From the NCBI GenBank assembly GCA_963748815.1, contig CAVVKJ010000010.1, positions 544,001 through 608,000 on the forward strand: a stretch of 64,000 bases of DNA. The letters are read 5' to 3'. Within the stretch, counting starts at the first letter, position 1. Every line of letters begins with the position of its first letter. The stretch comes from an uncultured Gemmatimonadales bacterium (lineage in GTDB: Bacteria; Gemmatimonadota; Gemmatimonadetes; Gemmatimonadales; GWC2-71-9). This document shows positions 30,787 to 39,629 of the stretch, piece after piece. The translations under genes were made by a program, and so were the position numbers. The notes beneath the pieces were generated by a model. It was given only the letters and a program-made list of their open reading frames with translations, was not told the DNA's origin and made no database searches.

Positions 30787-30861
30787 CGGGGCTGACGGGG
30801 CTCGAACCCGCGACCTCCGCAGTGACAGTGCGGCACTCTAACCAAGCTGAGCTACAGCCCC
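30787..30861 (-). tRNA. tRNA-Asp(GTC)
   Basis: GGGGCTG/CAGCCCC acceptor stem, anticodon arm CCGCA-CTGTCAC-TGCGG, GGTTCGAGCCC T-arm. CCA not encoded. Confidence 0.96.
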
Positions 30862-30875
30862 CGATACAGCGCACC

Positions 30876-30904
30876 ATAATAACCGGAGGCGGCTCCGGGT
30901 GGAA
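30876..30904 (-). promoter_or_regulatory. Putative promoter for tRNA-Asp (and possibly dcw)
   Basis: TTCCAC(30904-899), 17-nt spacer, TATTAT(30881-76). The spacer contains a ccggag/ctccgg hairpin. Confidence 0.5.
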
Positions 30905-30908
30905 GTCC

Positions 30909-32621
30909 TTACTTGCAGTACGCCTTGATCATGGACGCGACCCGCGGCTCATACTGGGCGACGTAGCCGAGATAGCGCGCGACATCCTCCGGCTTGGCCG
31001 ACCGGCCAAGGGTGAAGGCGGTCTTGGCCTCGATCAGGAGTCCCTCTTCCTTGCGGGCCAGCTCGCACGACTTGTTGAACTCCGCGTCCTTGTCCACGTC
31101 CGGAATCTGGAGGAACGTCGCCAGGCCAAGCACGTAGTTGGCCGTGGGCGCGACCGGCCCCGTCGGGTTGGCCGCCGCGACGGCGCTCCGCAGCACGTCG
31201 GCGGCCAGGGGCAGGTTCTTCCCCTCCGCCTGCAGCAGCGGCAGGGCGCCGTTGGTCAGGACCGCGGCCGCGGCTTCCTTGGCCTGCTCGTCGCCGTTCT
31301 TGATGACGAAGTCGGCAAAGATGAGCGACTCCGACATCCGCTTCTGTTCGGCGAGGGACTTGGCGGCGGCCAGCGCCGGCGCGACGGCGGTCGGGTCGAT
31401 CGCCATGAGCCGGCTGGTCACGGCCACCAGGCTGTCGGTCGGGCCGGCGAGGCTGTACGCCGTGACCAGCTGCCCGAGCAGCGTGGCATTGTCCGGATAC
31501 TTGTCGACGCCGAGCCGCGACCACTTGAGCAGCGCCGCAGTGTCCGGCTGGACGGCGGCGAAGACCGTCACCTTCAGGAAGTAGGTCGAGTCGGCGCGGT
31601 CCGGCGCCTCGGTGTAGACGTGCTCGAGGGCCTCGATGGCCTGGCCGTAGTCACCCGAGGTGGCGTAGGCGTTGCTGAGGAGGTCCCAGAGGTCGGCGTT
31701 GGAGGGGTCGAGCCGCAGGCCCTCCTTGGCCACCTGGACCGCCGCGTCGGGCCGGCCGTACTGCAGGAAGAGCTTGAACGCGGCTTCGCGGAGGGCCTGA
31801 TTGGTCGGCGCCGCGAGCAGCATGCGCTGGTAGGCATCGATGACCTGGGCGCTGTCGCCCTGCGCCTCGTATTCCTTGGCAAGTTCGGTCCAGGCGTGCA
31901 GGCTCTGCGGGTCGCCCTTGACCGATTCACGCAGGCTCGCGATCACCTCGGTGGACGGCGCCTTGCGGTCCAGCGCGAGCATGGCGAGGCAGTACTGGGC
32001 CAGGCCGTTCGTCGGGAGAATACCGATGGCTTTGCGCGCGGCGTCGGCGGCCTTGTCCGGCTTGGTGGTGCGTTCGTCGATGCACTGCTTGGCCGCGTCG
32101 GCGGACTTGACGGCCGGCGAGAAGGCGTCGGCCACCAGTTCGCCGAACTGCTTCGAGGACTGCCCCGGTGCCTGCCGCACCACGACCACGTTGCCGGCGT
32201 CGTCGTTGAGCCCGGCGAGCCGGGCGGTCACCACGTACACCCCGGATTCGTTCTTGCTCAGCGAGGACGACAGCATGACGCGCGCCTGCAGCTGCTGCGC
32301 GAGGACGCGCGCGACGACCGGCTGCAGGATGGCGTCGGCCGGATACCCGTACTGGACGAGCGCGGACTGCATCTGCTCGAGCGGCACCACGCGGTAGGTG
32401 GTGCCGGCGACCCGCTCCATGCGGTTCCGAAGCGCGTTGCCCACCTCGACGGCCAGACTGGAATCGCCCTCGACGAAGGCGAACGGCGTGGCGACCATCA
32501 ACTTGGGTGCGGCAGCCACCGGAGCGCCGAGGCGCCGGGCCCCCGACGGGATCTGGGCGCTGACCGATGAGGCACCCAACAAGGCGATGGCGGCGAGCGG
32601 GGCGAAGCGGTTCAGGCGCAT
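30909..32621 (-). CDS. Exported TPR-repeat protein
   Basis: AGGA(G) RBS and ATG at 32621, signal peptide (VSA/Q), several TPR helices (e.g. LRLDPSNADLWDLLSNAY). Confidence 0.8.
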   Translation of the reverse strand: MRLNRFAPLAAIALLGASSVSAQIPSGARRLGAPVAAAPKLMVATPFAFVEGDSSLAVEVGNALRNRMERVAGTTYRVVPLEQMQSALVQYGYPADAILQPVVARVLAQQLQARVMLSSSLSKNESGVYVVTARLAGLNDDAGNVVVVRQAPGQSSKQFGELVADAFSPAVKSADAAKQCIDERTTKPDKAADAARKAIGILPTNGLAQYCLAMLALDRKAPSTEVIASLRESVKGDPQSLHAWTELAKEYEAQGDSAQVIDAYQRMLLAAPTNQALREAAFKLFLQYGRPDAAVQVAKEGLRLDPSNADLWDLLSNAYATSGDYGQAIEALEHVYTEAPDRADSTYFLKVTVFAAVQPDTAALLKWSRLGVDKYPDNATLLGQLVTAYSLAGPTDSLVAVTSRLMAIDPTAVAPALAAAKSLAEQKRMSESLIFADFVIKNGDEQAKEAAAAVLTNGALPLLQAEGKNLPLAADVLRSAVAAANPTGPVAPTANYVLGLATFLQIPDVDKDAEFNKSCELARKEEGLLIEAKTAFTLGRSAKPEDVARYLGYVAQYEPRVASMIKAYCK

Positions 32622-32690
32622 TCCTGCGGCCTCCTGAGAATCTTGACGAATGACAAACCAGCTGTGGCCGCGGGCGTGCCCCGGGCCAGA

Positions 32691-32764
32691 TGGGCGAAGA
32701 GGGATTCGAACCCCCGACATCCTGCGTGTAAGGCAGGCGCTCTAACCAGCTGAGCTATTCGCCC
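32691..32764 (-). tRNA. tRNA-Val(TAC)
   Basis: GGGCGAA/TTCGCCC acceptor stem, anticodon arm CCTGC-CTTACAC-GCAGG, GGTTCGAATCC T-arm. CCA not encoded. Confidence 0.96.
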
Positions 32765-32785
32765 GGCTGCGCGTGCCGGCAACGG

Positions 32786-32977
32786 CTAGAGCGCGATCCC
32801 CAATGGAAGTAGGACGCAATAACCGAGCACCAGCAACACGGCGGCAAGACTGGTGCTCCCCGACGACAGGAGCAGGTAGCCCGCGACGAGCGAAACAGCC
32901 CCCGCGGCCAGCAGGGCCAAGTTTCGAGGCCCCAGCGGGATAGCACGTGCCTTGCGCGGCTTGGAAGTTTCGGGCAT
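32786..32977 (-). CDS. Small two-TM protein (DUF3098-like)
   Basis: 63 aa: basic N-tail, N...GYLLL first helix, LLVLGY...P.GI second helix. Confidence 0.65.
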   Translation of the reverse strand: MPETSKPRKARAIPLGPRNLALLAAGAVSLVAGYLLLSSGSTSLAAVLLVLGYCVLLPLGIAL

Positions 32978-32986
32978 AAGCTATGA

Positions 32987-33015
32987 ACCCTAGCCGGGTG
33001 GCCCACGGTGGTCAA
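32987..33015 (-). promoter_or_regulatory. Putative promoter for the small TM gene and tRNA-Val
   Basis: TTGACC(33015-10), 17-nt spacer, TAGGGT(32992-87). Confidence 0.5.
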
Positions 33016-33895
33016 GCGCATTTGCGTCGCTCGGCGGCGCCGGATCAGCCAGCGGCTCCTCGGGCGGATAGGTCCAGTCGAGGTTTAGCGCGGCCCGGCG
33101 CGGGGCGTCCCTGCGGCGGCGGGCCTCGTACCCCAGCGCCACGAGGAGCGCCATCCCGAGCCAGATGCCGGTCCCCAGCAACCAGGTCACGATCCCGAAC
33201 CGGGCCCGCACGCTCTTCCGCCAGGCCTCGTCGAACCGGTCGAGCGTCAACCCGGTCGTGGCCACGACCGCGTCCTCGAAGCCGACACCCTCCCCCAGCC
33301 GCTCGAAGAGCGGTTGCAGGGAGCCCGTTGGATTCCGCCGCGCCAGCTCCATGACCGCCGTGGCGGCCAGGGCATAGGCGGCGTCGGCGGATGGCTGGGA
33401 GGCCCGGAGTTCCCCGTCGAGCGCCCGGAGCCCGGGGATCGTCCCCTTGGCCACGGCGAGGTTGATCCCAACTCGGTCCAGGAGGTCCCACTGTCCGCTC
33501 GCCATCGTGGCGTATCCCTCGTCGAACCAGAGGGGCACTCGGCCGCGCACCGCCTGGTGCAGCGCGAGGTGGGCCAGCTCGTGACGCAGGGTCCCCATCA
33601 CGTCGCCCGCATCGGCGCGGAGTACGATGGTCCGGCCGCCTGGGAAGGCTGCGCCAGCGCCCCACCCCGGGAGCCGCCCACGCGTGAACTCGCGGAACGT
33701 CACCGAGTCGGCGGTGACGACCAGGCGAATCTCCCCGAGGTCGAGGGGACCGAGCCCAGGCCAGGGACCGGGCTGATCGGCGACCTCCGCCAATCCGATC
33801 GCCAGCGCCTCCTGCGCCGGCCAGGCCACGGCGGTTACCCGGCCGACCGTGACCGCGGAGGGCTGCCCCTGCCAGAGGGCCAGCGCGAGAATCAG
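32990..33895 (-). CDS. Membrane-anchored peptidase MA-like zinc metalloprotease
   Basis: HELAH plus downstream PLWFDEGYA (gluzincin); C-terminal TM. The in-frame hydrophobic N-terminus extends to a CTG at 33895 (first canonical start is GTG at 33829). Confidence 0.8.
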   Translation of the reverse strand: MILALALWQGQPSAVTVGRVTAVAWPAQEALAIGLAEVADQPGPWPGLGPLDLGEIRLVVTADSVTFREFTRGRLPGWGAGAAFPGGRTIVLRADAGDVMGTLRHELAHLALHQAVRGRVPLWFDEGYATMASGQWDLLDRVGINLAVAKGTIPGLRALDGELRASQPSADAAYALAATAVMELARRNPTGSLQPLFERLGEGVGFEDAVVATTGLTLDRFDEAWRKSVRARFGIVTWLLGTGIWLGMALLVALGYEARRRRDAPRRAALNLDWTYPPEEPLADPAPPSDANALDHRGPPG

Positions 33896-34764
33896 GCTGG
33901 CGAATGTCGAGGGATATCTCCTCCCGCGGCGGCCACTTCAAGCAACTCCCGGCACCGCTTGCCCCAGGGGTTGAACTTGTTGGCCTTGTGCCCGTCGGTC
34001 CACGCCTGTCGCGCATCGTCCGCCCGCCCGAGAAACCAGAGCGCCCGGCCCAGTTCGTAGTACGCCTCAATCAGGTTGGGCCCGAGGGCCAGCGCCTTGC
34101 GGAAGAAGGCGTCCGCATCCTCGTACATTTCCCGCTCCTGGTACACCAGCCCCAGGTAGAAGTGCGCGTAGAGCGTGGCCTTCCGGTCGTTGTCCAGGCG
34201 GATGGCACGGGACAGATGCTCGATGGCCTCCCCGAAGATCCCCTTCTTGAGGCAGATATACCCGACGTTGATGCGCGCGAGCGCATTGGCCGGCTCCCGC
34301 ATGAGGACCTTGGAGAAGGTGCCGAGCGCCTCGTCATACTGCTCGGACAGCATCTGGGCCCAGCCGAGGAGCGAGAGCGCCTGCGTATCCTCCGGCGATA
34401 GTGCGAGGGCCTTCTCGAGCGACTGGATGGCCGCGGGGAAGTCGCCCAGGGAGATCAGGCTCCACCCCTTCTCGATGAAGGTGGAAGCGCCGAGGTGATC
34501 GGCCTGCAGGACCGGCCTGGCCCCGGAGAATTGCGGCGCCGCCCCGCCCTCCGCGTCGGCGGACAGCTGCTTATACTGCTCCACCAATCCCCGAATCTGT
34601 TCCTTCAGCGCGGTGAGTTCGCCGAGCGCCCCATCCACGCGCTTGAAATAGGCGACGATGTCGCGCTTGACCGCCTGGCGCTCCCCGCCGGCGGGGCTCG
34701 CGTCGAGCCGGGCGGCGAGCGCGGCGTATTCGTCACGCATGCCGGCGAGCCAGTCCTCGGTCAC
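33892..34764 (-). CDS. Coiled-coil + TPR protein
   Basis: N-terminal helical coiled coil followed by about 5 TPRs. GTGA-coupled to cheW. Confidence 0.85.
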   Translation of the reverse strand: MTEDWLAGMRDEYAALAARLDASPAGGERQAVKRDIVAYFKRVDGALGELTALKEQIRGLVEQYKQLSADAEGGAAPQFSGARPVLQADHLGASTFIEKGWSLISLGDFPAAIQSLEKALALSPEDTQALSLLGWAQMLSEQYDEALGTFSKVLMREPANALARINVGYICLKKGIFGEAIEHLSRAIRLDNDRKATLYAHFYLGLVYQEREMYEDADAFFRKALALGPNLIEAYYELGRALWFLGRADDARQAWTDGHKANKFNPWGKRCRELLEVAAAGGDIPRHSPA

Positions 34765-35222
34765 GTGGCGGCGGCCTCGAGCTGGAGGCGTTCCTCGCTG
34801 CTGAAGAGGCGGCCCGCCTGCAGCAGGATGACCGTCCGGTCCTCGAGGGTCAGCACGCCCAGGATGTATTTCGCGGCCAGGCCGCGGACCATGGGCGGCG
34901 AGGGTGCGATCCGGCGGCTGTCCACGCGGAGCACCTCCCGGACTCCGTCCACCACCATCCCGACACGCTGGCCGTCCATCGTGACGATCATGACGCGGGT
35001 CTCTTCCACCTGGGTGGCGGGGAGTTCGAGCCGTTTGCGCAGGTCCACGACCGGCACGACGCCGTCCCCGTACGGAAGGACCCCCTCGAGGAAGTCCGGT
35101 GCGCTGGGCACCGGGGAGGGCGCCTGATACCGGAGGATCCGGTCCACCTGGGAAATTTCCAGGGCGAACTCCTGGCTTCCCCCGCGAAAGATCACCACCT
35201 GAATGTCGTCACCGGTCGTCAT
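34761..35222 (-). CDS. cheW: Chemotaxis adaptor CheW
   Basis: QVVIF..G.QEFALEI, PVPSAPDFLEGV, PVVDLRKRL and GMVVDGV motifs. Confidence 0.9.
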   Translation of the reverse strand: MTTGDDIQVVIFRGGSQEFALEISQVDRILRYQAPSPVPSAPDFLEGVLPYGDGVVPVVDLRKRLELPATQVEETRVMIVTMDGQRVGMVVDGVREVLRVDSRRIAPSPPMVRGLAAKYILGVLTLEDRTVILLQAGRLFSSEERLQLEAAAT

Positions 35223-35653
35223 GGACCGCGCTTCCCCCCCAGGAGTCGGACTCCCAGGGCCTTGAGGTCAAGAATCGGCACCAGCACACCGTCGCGCCGC
35301 GCCACGCCGAGCGCCCAGGGCAGCGACTCTCCCGCGGGGACCGGCACCACCTCCTCGGCGAGCACCGCCTCGGCGCCGTCGACTTCCAGGCAGATCCGCT
35401 GGCGGCCCGCCCGAGCGAGCACTCCCACCGCGCCGACCGTTGCCGGGCAGGCGCCGCCCCAGAGCACCGTCGAGAGGTTCACCACGGGCACCAGGCGTTC
35501 CCGCACCGCCACAACGCCCCGCACCGCCGCATCGGTCGTCGGGACCGGAAAGGTCGTCGCGAGGTCCACGACTTCCAGCACTTCGGCCACTTCCAGGCCG
35601 ACGTCCCGCCCTCCCACCTGCACGAGGAGGTACTGGCAGGTCCCGGCGGTCAC
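35219..35653 (-). CDS. cheW: CheW-like protein (divergent)
   Basis: VLEVV, PVP....[15 protein letters not shown] and LVPILDL motifs. Confidence 0.75.
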   Translation of the reverse strand: MTAGTCQYLLVQVGGRDVGLEVAEVLEVVDLATTFPVPTTDAAVRGVVAVRERLVPVVNLSTVLWGGACPATVGAVGVLARAGRQRICLEVDGAEAVLAEEVVPVPAGESLPWALGVARRDGVLVPILDLKALGVRLLGGKRGP

Positions 35654-36714
35654 GCGACGTTCATCCGCGCGAGCAGGGTGGAGACCCGCTCGCCGACATC
35701 GGAGACCGGGAGCACGAGGTCGGCCCCGCCGGCCGCCTGCGCCTCCTTCGGCATCCCGAAAATCGTGGAGCTCTCCTTGTCCTGCGCGATGCCCTTCCCG
35801 CCGGCGTCGTGAATCTGGCGGAGTCCCTCCGCGCCGTCCCGGCCCAGGCCGGTGAGCACGACGCCGATGGCGCGCCGCCCGAACAGCTGCGCCACGGAGC
35901 GAAAGAGGGGATCCGCGGCCGGGCGGACGCCCCAGAGCGGCGGCTCCTGGTCCAGCGCGAGCGCCAGCCCGTCGCTCCCCTCGGTCACTCGCATATGATA
36001 ATCCCCCGGGGCGATGTAGGCGGTGTCGGAGACGAGCGGCGCCCCGTGCTCCGCCTCGACCACCGCCAGGTCGCTCTGCGCCGAGAGTCGCTCGGCCAGG
36101 CTCCGGGTAAACCGGGGCGGCATATGCTGCACGATGACCACCGCCGCGTTGTGGCCGCGGGTGATCCGGGGAACGACCTCCGCCAGCGCGCGCGGGCCGC
36201 CAGTGGACGCCGCGATGGCCACGCAGAAGCGCGCCCGGCCCGGCAGCGCGAAGAGTCCGGCGGGCAGGTCGGGCCGGTTCGGGCGGGCAAGCATCGGCAG
36301 GCGGTAGATGTCCGCCGCGCGCGCGGCCCGCAGCGCCTCGAGCACCCGCGCCCCGAACCGGCCGCGCGAGGCCTCGTCGCGGCCCGCCTCCTTGGCCACC
36401 AGTTCGACCGCGCCGAGCTCGAGCGCGCGGATGGCGCCCGCTGTGCCTGGCCCGGCGTACGAACTGACGACCACGACGGGGCGCGGCGCCTCCGACATCA
36501 GGTAGCCGATGGCCCCGAGGCCATCGAGTTCGGGCATCTCGAGGTCCATGGTCACCAGGTCGGGCTGGTACTCGTGGACCTTTCGAAGCGCGTCCAGCCC
36601 GTTCCGCGCCGTGGTCACCACGCGAAACTCGCCGGAGCCGTCGATGATCTCGGTGAGGAGCCGCCGGATCAGGGCGCTGTCGTCCGCCACGAGCACCGTC
36701 GGGAGGCTAGAGAT
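35650..36714 (-). CDS. cheB: Chemotaxis methylesterase CheB (REC + esterase)
   Basis: ADDS..TMDLEMP receiver; ASTGGP, VQHMP and GLGRDG catalytic motifs. Start is either GTG 36696 or a non-canonical ATC at 36714. Confidence 0.95.
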   Translation of the reverse strand: MSSLPTVLVADDSALIRRLLTEIIDGSGEFRVVTTARNGLDALRKVHEYQPDLVTMDLEMPELDGLGAIGYLMSEAPRPVVVVSSYAGPGTAGAIRALELGAVELVAKEAGRDEASRGRFGARVLEALRAARAADIYRLPMLARPNRPDLPAGLFALPGRARFCVAIAASTGGPRALAEVVPRITRGHNAAVVIVQHMPPRFTRSLAERLSAQSDLAVVEAEHGAPLVSDTAYIAPGDYHMRVTEGSDGLALALDQEPPLWGVRPAADPLFRSVAQLFGRRAIGVVLTGLGRDGAEGLRQIHDAGGKGIAQDKESSTIFGMPKEAQAAGGADLVLPVSDVGERVSTLLARMNVA

Positions 36715-37195
36715 GCGTCACTCCCCGGCGGACCGTCGACACTTCAATGCGGCCGTCGGCCACGAAGAGCCGCACCGTGCGTCCGAAGTCGCCGCCGACT
36801 TCGCTCCCGACCAGCGGGATCGCGTGGTGGGCGAGCGCCGCCCGCACCGCCACCAGGTTTCGCTCCCCCATCTGGATGGTGCCGACCGGCTGCAGGTTGG
36901 TGAACATCGACGCGCCGCCGGCGAGCCGCGCGGTGATCCGCGATGCCCGCGCCCCCAGGCCGACCATGTCCTGCAGCAGGAGCGGAATGGCCGTCTGCGG
37001 GAACTTGCCTGGGCTCTGGTCTCGCCGACTGAGCGCGGGCGACGGCAGCAGGATGTGCGCCAGCCCGCCCACCTTCGCCTCGGCGTCGTGGAGCATCACG
37101 GCGACACAACTTCCCAGGCCGATGGTCAGCAGGACATCGCCGTGACCCCCGGCCTTGTATTCCGCCACGTGCACCACAATTTCGCCCGAACTCAT
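36707..37195 (-). CDS. cheD: Chemoreceptor glutamine deamidase CheD
   Basis: [24 protein letters not shown] and VGG.FGR motifs. Confidence 0.95.
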   Translation of the reverse strand: MSSGEIVVHVAEYKAGGHGDVLLTIGLGSCVAVMLHDAEAKVGGLAHILLPSPALSRRDQSPGKFPQTAIPLLLQDMVGLGARASRITARLAGGASMFTNLQPVGTIQMGERNLVAVRAALAHHAIPLVGSEVGGDFGRTVRLFVADGRIEVSTVRRGVTHL

Positions 37196-38013
37196 GCCGC
37201 CCTCCGAAAGATGCGTTCACGGGCGTCGACCAGGGTCAGGCGTTCCCGGGCGACGCCCAGCAGCGTTTCGACCTTGCCCAGCACGAGGATGCCGCCGGGC
37301 AGCAGCGCCTCGGCGAACTGCGCGAAGAGCCGTTCCTGCATCGGGCGATCGAAATAGATCACCACGTTTCGGCAGAAGATGAGGTCGTACGCCGCCGAGG
37401 GGATGGGTTCCCGCGTGAGGTCCAGCCGGCGCACCGTGACCATCCGCCGGACGGCCTCGCTGACCTGCCAGGACGCCCCGGCCGGCGTGCAGTACTTCTC
37501 GGTGATCCACGCCGGGGCCTCGAGAAACGCGGCCTGCGGGTAGAGCCCGGCTGCGGCGCGTTCGAGGCTCCCCCGGTCGATGTCCGTGGCGTCGATGCGC
37601 ACCCGATCGGACCAGGAGGGATGCCCGATCGCCGCCGCGGCCTCCGCGCAGAGCATGGCCAGGGTGTACGGCTCCTCGCCGGAGGAGCAGCCGGCGCTCC
37701 AGGCGACCAGCCGCCCGCTCCGCGCCTCGAGCAACCCGGGCAACAAGTCGGTCCGCAGTCGATCCCACGTTTCCGAATTCCGGTAGAAGCGCGTCACGTT
37801 GATGGTGAGCGCATCCTTGAGCTTGTCCCACTCGTCCGGCTTCCGGTCGAGCACCGTCATGTACTCGGCGTACGTGTGCACTCCGCACGCGCGCATCCGG
37901 ACGAGGAGACGGCGCCGGAGACACTTGTCCTTGTAGGCGTCGAGTGTAAGTCCCGCCTCGCGGGACACCCGGCGCGTCAGGGACTTGAACCCCTCCTCGT
38001 CGTCCATGGTCAT
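37192..38013 (-). CDS. cheR: Chemotaxis methyltransferase CheR
   Basis: TINVTRFYR, WSAGCSSGEEPYT, ATDID and CRNVVIYF motifs. Confidence 0.95.
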   Translation of the reverse strand: MTMDDEEGFKSLTRRVSREAGLTLDAYKDKCLRRRLLVRMRACGVHTYAEYMTVLDRKPDEWDKLKDALTINVTRFYRNSETWDRLRTDLLPGLLEARSGRLVAWSAGCSSGEEPYTLAMLCAEAAAAIGHPSWSDRVRIDATDIDRGSLERAAAGLYPQAAFLEAPAWITEKYCTPAGASWQVSEAVRRMVTVRRLDLTREPIPSAAYDLIFCRNVVIYFDRPMQERLFAQFAEALLPGGILVLGKVETLLGVARERLTLVDARERIFRRAA

Positions 38014-39629
38014 GCCGGCACGTCCAGGATCTCGAGGTTGGAGCGCGCGAGCTGATGGCCGGGGTTCAGCTCGGCGGCCCGGCGCCAGCAGTCCCGGGCC
38101 CGATCGCGATCGCGCTGCCGGAACGCCAGGTTTCCCAGCTTGAAGTAGAGGTCATCGCCGAGGTCGGGCGCCAGCTTGGCGGCGCGATCGAAGGCGGCCT
38201 GCGCATCGTCATACCGCCCCGCGCGGTAGAGCAAGTCGCCCAGGTTCTTCGAAAGCTGGGGGAGGCTCGGCTCGTCGGCGAGCGCCGCGCGGAGCAGCCG
38301 TTCCGCCTCGGGCAGGTCGCCGGTCGCCTCGAGGAGCATCGCGAGATTGTTGCGCAGCACCGGATGCTGGGGCCACGCCTTCACGCCCTCCTGGGCGAGG
38401 GTGACCGCCCGCGGCAGGTCTCCGGCGGACCCCGCGGCGAGGGCGGCCGCCCAGAACCAGAGCGCAGGCACCGGCCGGTTCCCGAGCAGTTCCCGCGCCT
38501 TGGCCAACCGCCCCTCGGCCACCTCGGGGTCTTCTCGCTTGAGCGCGATGACGCCCCAGAGCAACATCGGCCGCGCATCCTCGCGCGCGCGCGACACCGC
38601 CTCCGCACCCGCCGCCTCCGCCTCGGCGAGCCGCCCCGCCCGCTCGAGCGCCAGCGCCAGGTTGTGCAGCCCAGCCGGCCGCGCCCCCCCGAGGTCGATC
38701 GCGCTCTGGAAGGCGGCCACGGCGTCGTCCCACCGCGCCTGCCGCAGCGCGATCAGGCCGAGGTAGAACGGCGCGTTGCCTTCCGCAGGGCGCAAATCCG
38801 CCACGCGGCGAAACTCCCGTTCCGCCTCCTCGAACATGCCGGTCTTGTAGAACGCGATGCCGAGGTTCCGATGCTCCTCCACCCGCGCGTCGTTGACCCG
38901 CTCCGACTGCTGCGTGGCGGAGGTCCCGACGCGGCGGACGAAGCCGGCGGAGAGGAGGCCGTAGATGGCCTTGCCGACCTCGAACTCCACCAGGCCGGAG
39001 GCGTCCACGACGTCCTGCACGTCGTTACGGCCGTTGAGGAGGGTGAGGATGGCCTCCTGCTCGTCGCTGAGCCGGACACCGGCCTCCTGCAGCCGCGGTT
39101 GGTCCACCTCGAACACGATGTCGAGCGTGGGAATCTTCTTGGCGATCAGGCTCCACTCGTCCACCCGCCGCGCCCCTTCGAGAAGCAGCGACTCCGGGTT
39201 GATGGACACCAGGAAGTCCTCGCGCTCCGGCCGCACGCCGGCCTCGAAGTTGAAGGTCCCGCTGCTCCACGTGAAGAGGTAGTACACCGCCTCCTCGACC
39301 TGCACCCGGATGTGGTCCTCGAGTTCGGCGCGGGTGATGTGCCCGAGCTCGACGAGGATCTCGCCGATCTTGCGATCCCGGTCCCCGGCCTGCCGATCCA
39401 CTGCGGCGCGGAGCTGCGCGTCGGTGATCCGCCCGTTGCGGACCAGCAGGTCGCCGATCCGGTCGCGCCGGTTGACGATCGAGGCGTAGATGATCCGGCC
39501 GTCGTCGAAGTAGGTATAGCCGAAGTTCTGCCGGTCGGCGACGGCCAGGCAGCCGGTCTTGCGGCCCAGCGCCAGGAGCTGGATCACGTCGGGGAGGCTG
39601 GCTTCCTTGAGGCTGCCCTTGATGGCCAT
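38010..39629 (-). CDS. DUF4388 (PatA_N-like) + MshEN-like + TPR protein
   Basis: GSL...SLPDVIQLL....KTG.L, W.SG.F.F and LLLEGARRVDE motifs; tandem RIG/KIG motifs; many C-terminal TPRs. ATG at 39629. Confidence 0.85.
   Translation of the reverse strand: MAIKGSLKEASLPDVIQLLALGRKTGCLAVADRQNFGYTYFDDGRIIYASIVNRRDRIGDLLVRNGRITDAQLRAAVDRQAGDRDRKIGEILVELGHITRAELEDHIRVQVEEAVYYLFTWSSGTFNFEAGVRPEREDFLVSINPESLLLEGARRVDEWSLIAKKIPTLDIVFEVDQPRLQEAGVRLSDEQEAILTLLNGRNDVQDVVDASGLVEFEVGKAIYGLLSAGFVRRVGTSATQQSERVNDARVEEHRNLGIAFYKTGMFEEAEREFRRVADLRPAEGNAPFYLGLIALRQARWDDAVAAFQSAIDLGGARPAGLHNLALALERAGRLAEAEAAGAEAVSRAREDARPMLLWGVIALKREDPEVAEGRLAKARELLGNRPVPALWFWAAALAAGSAGDLPRAVTLAQEGVKAWPQHPVLRNNLAMLLEATGDLPEAERLLRAALADEPSLPQLSKNLGDLLYRAGRYDDAQAAFDRAAKLAPDLGDDLYFKLGNLAFRQRDRDRARDCWRRAAELNPGHQLARSNLEILDVPA

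Noticed and set aside
30787..32764. Genomic island or prophage integrated at tRNA-Asp/tRNA-Val
   Set aside because: I saw no integrase, no duplicated tRNA 3' end and no compositional shift.
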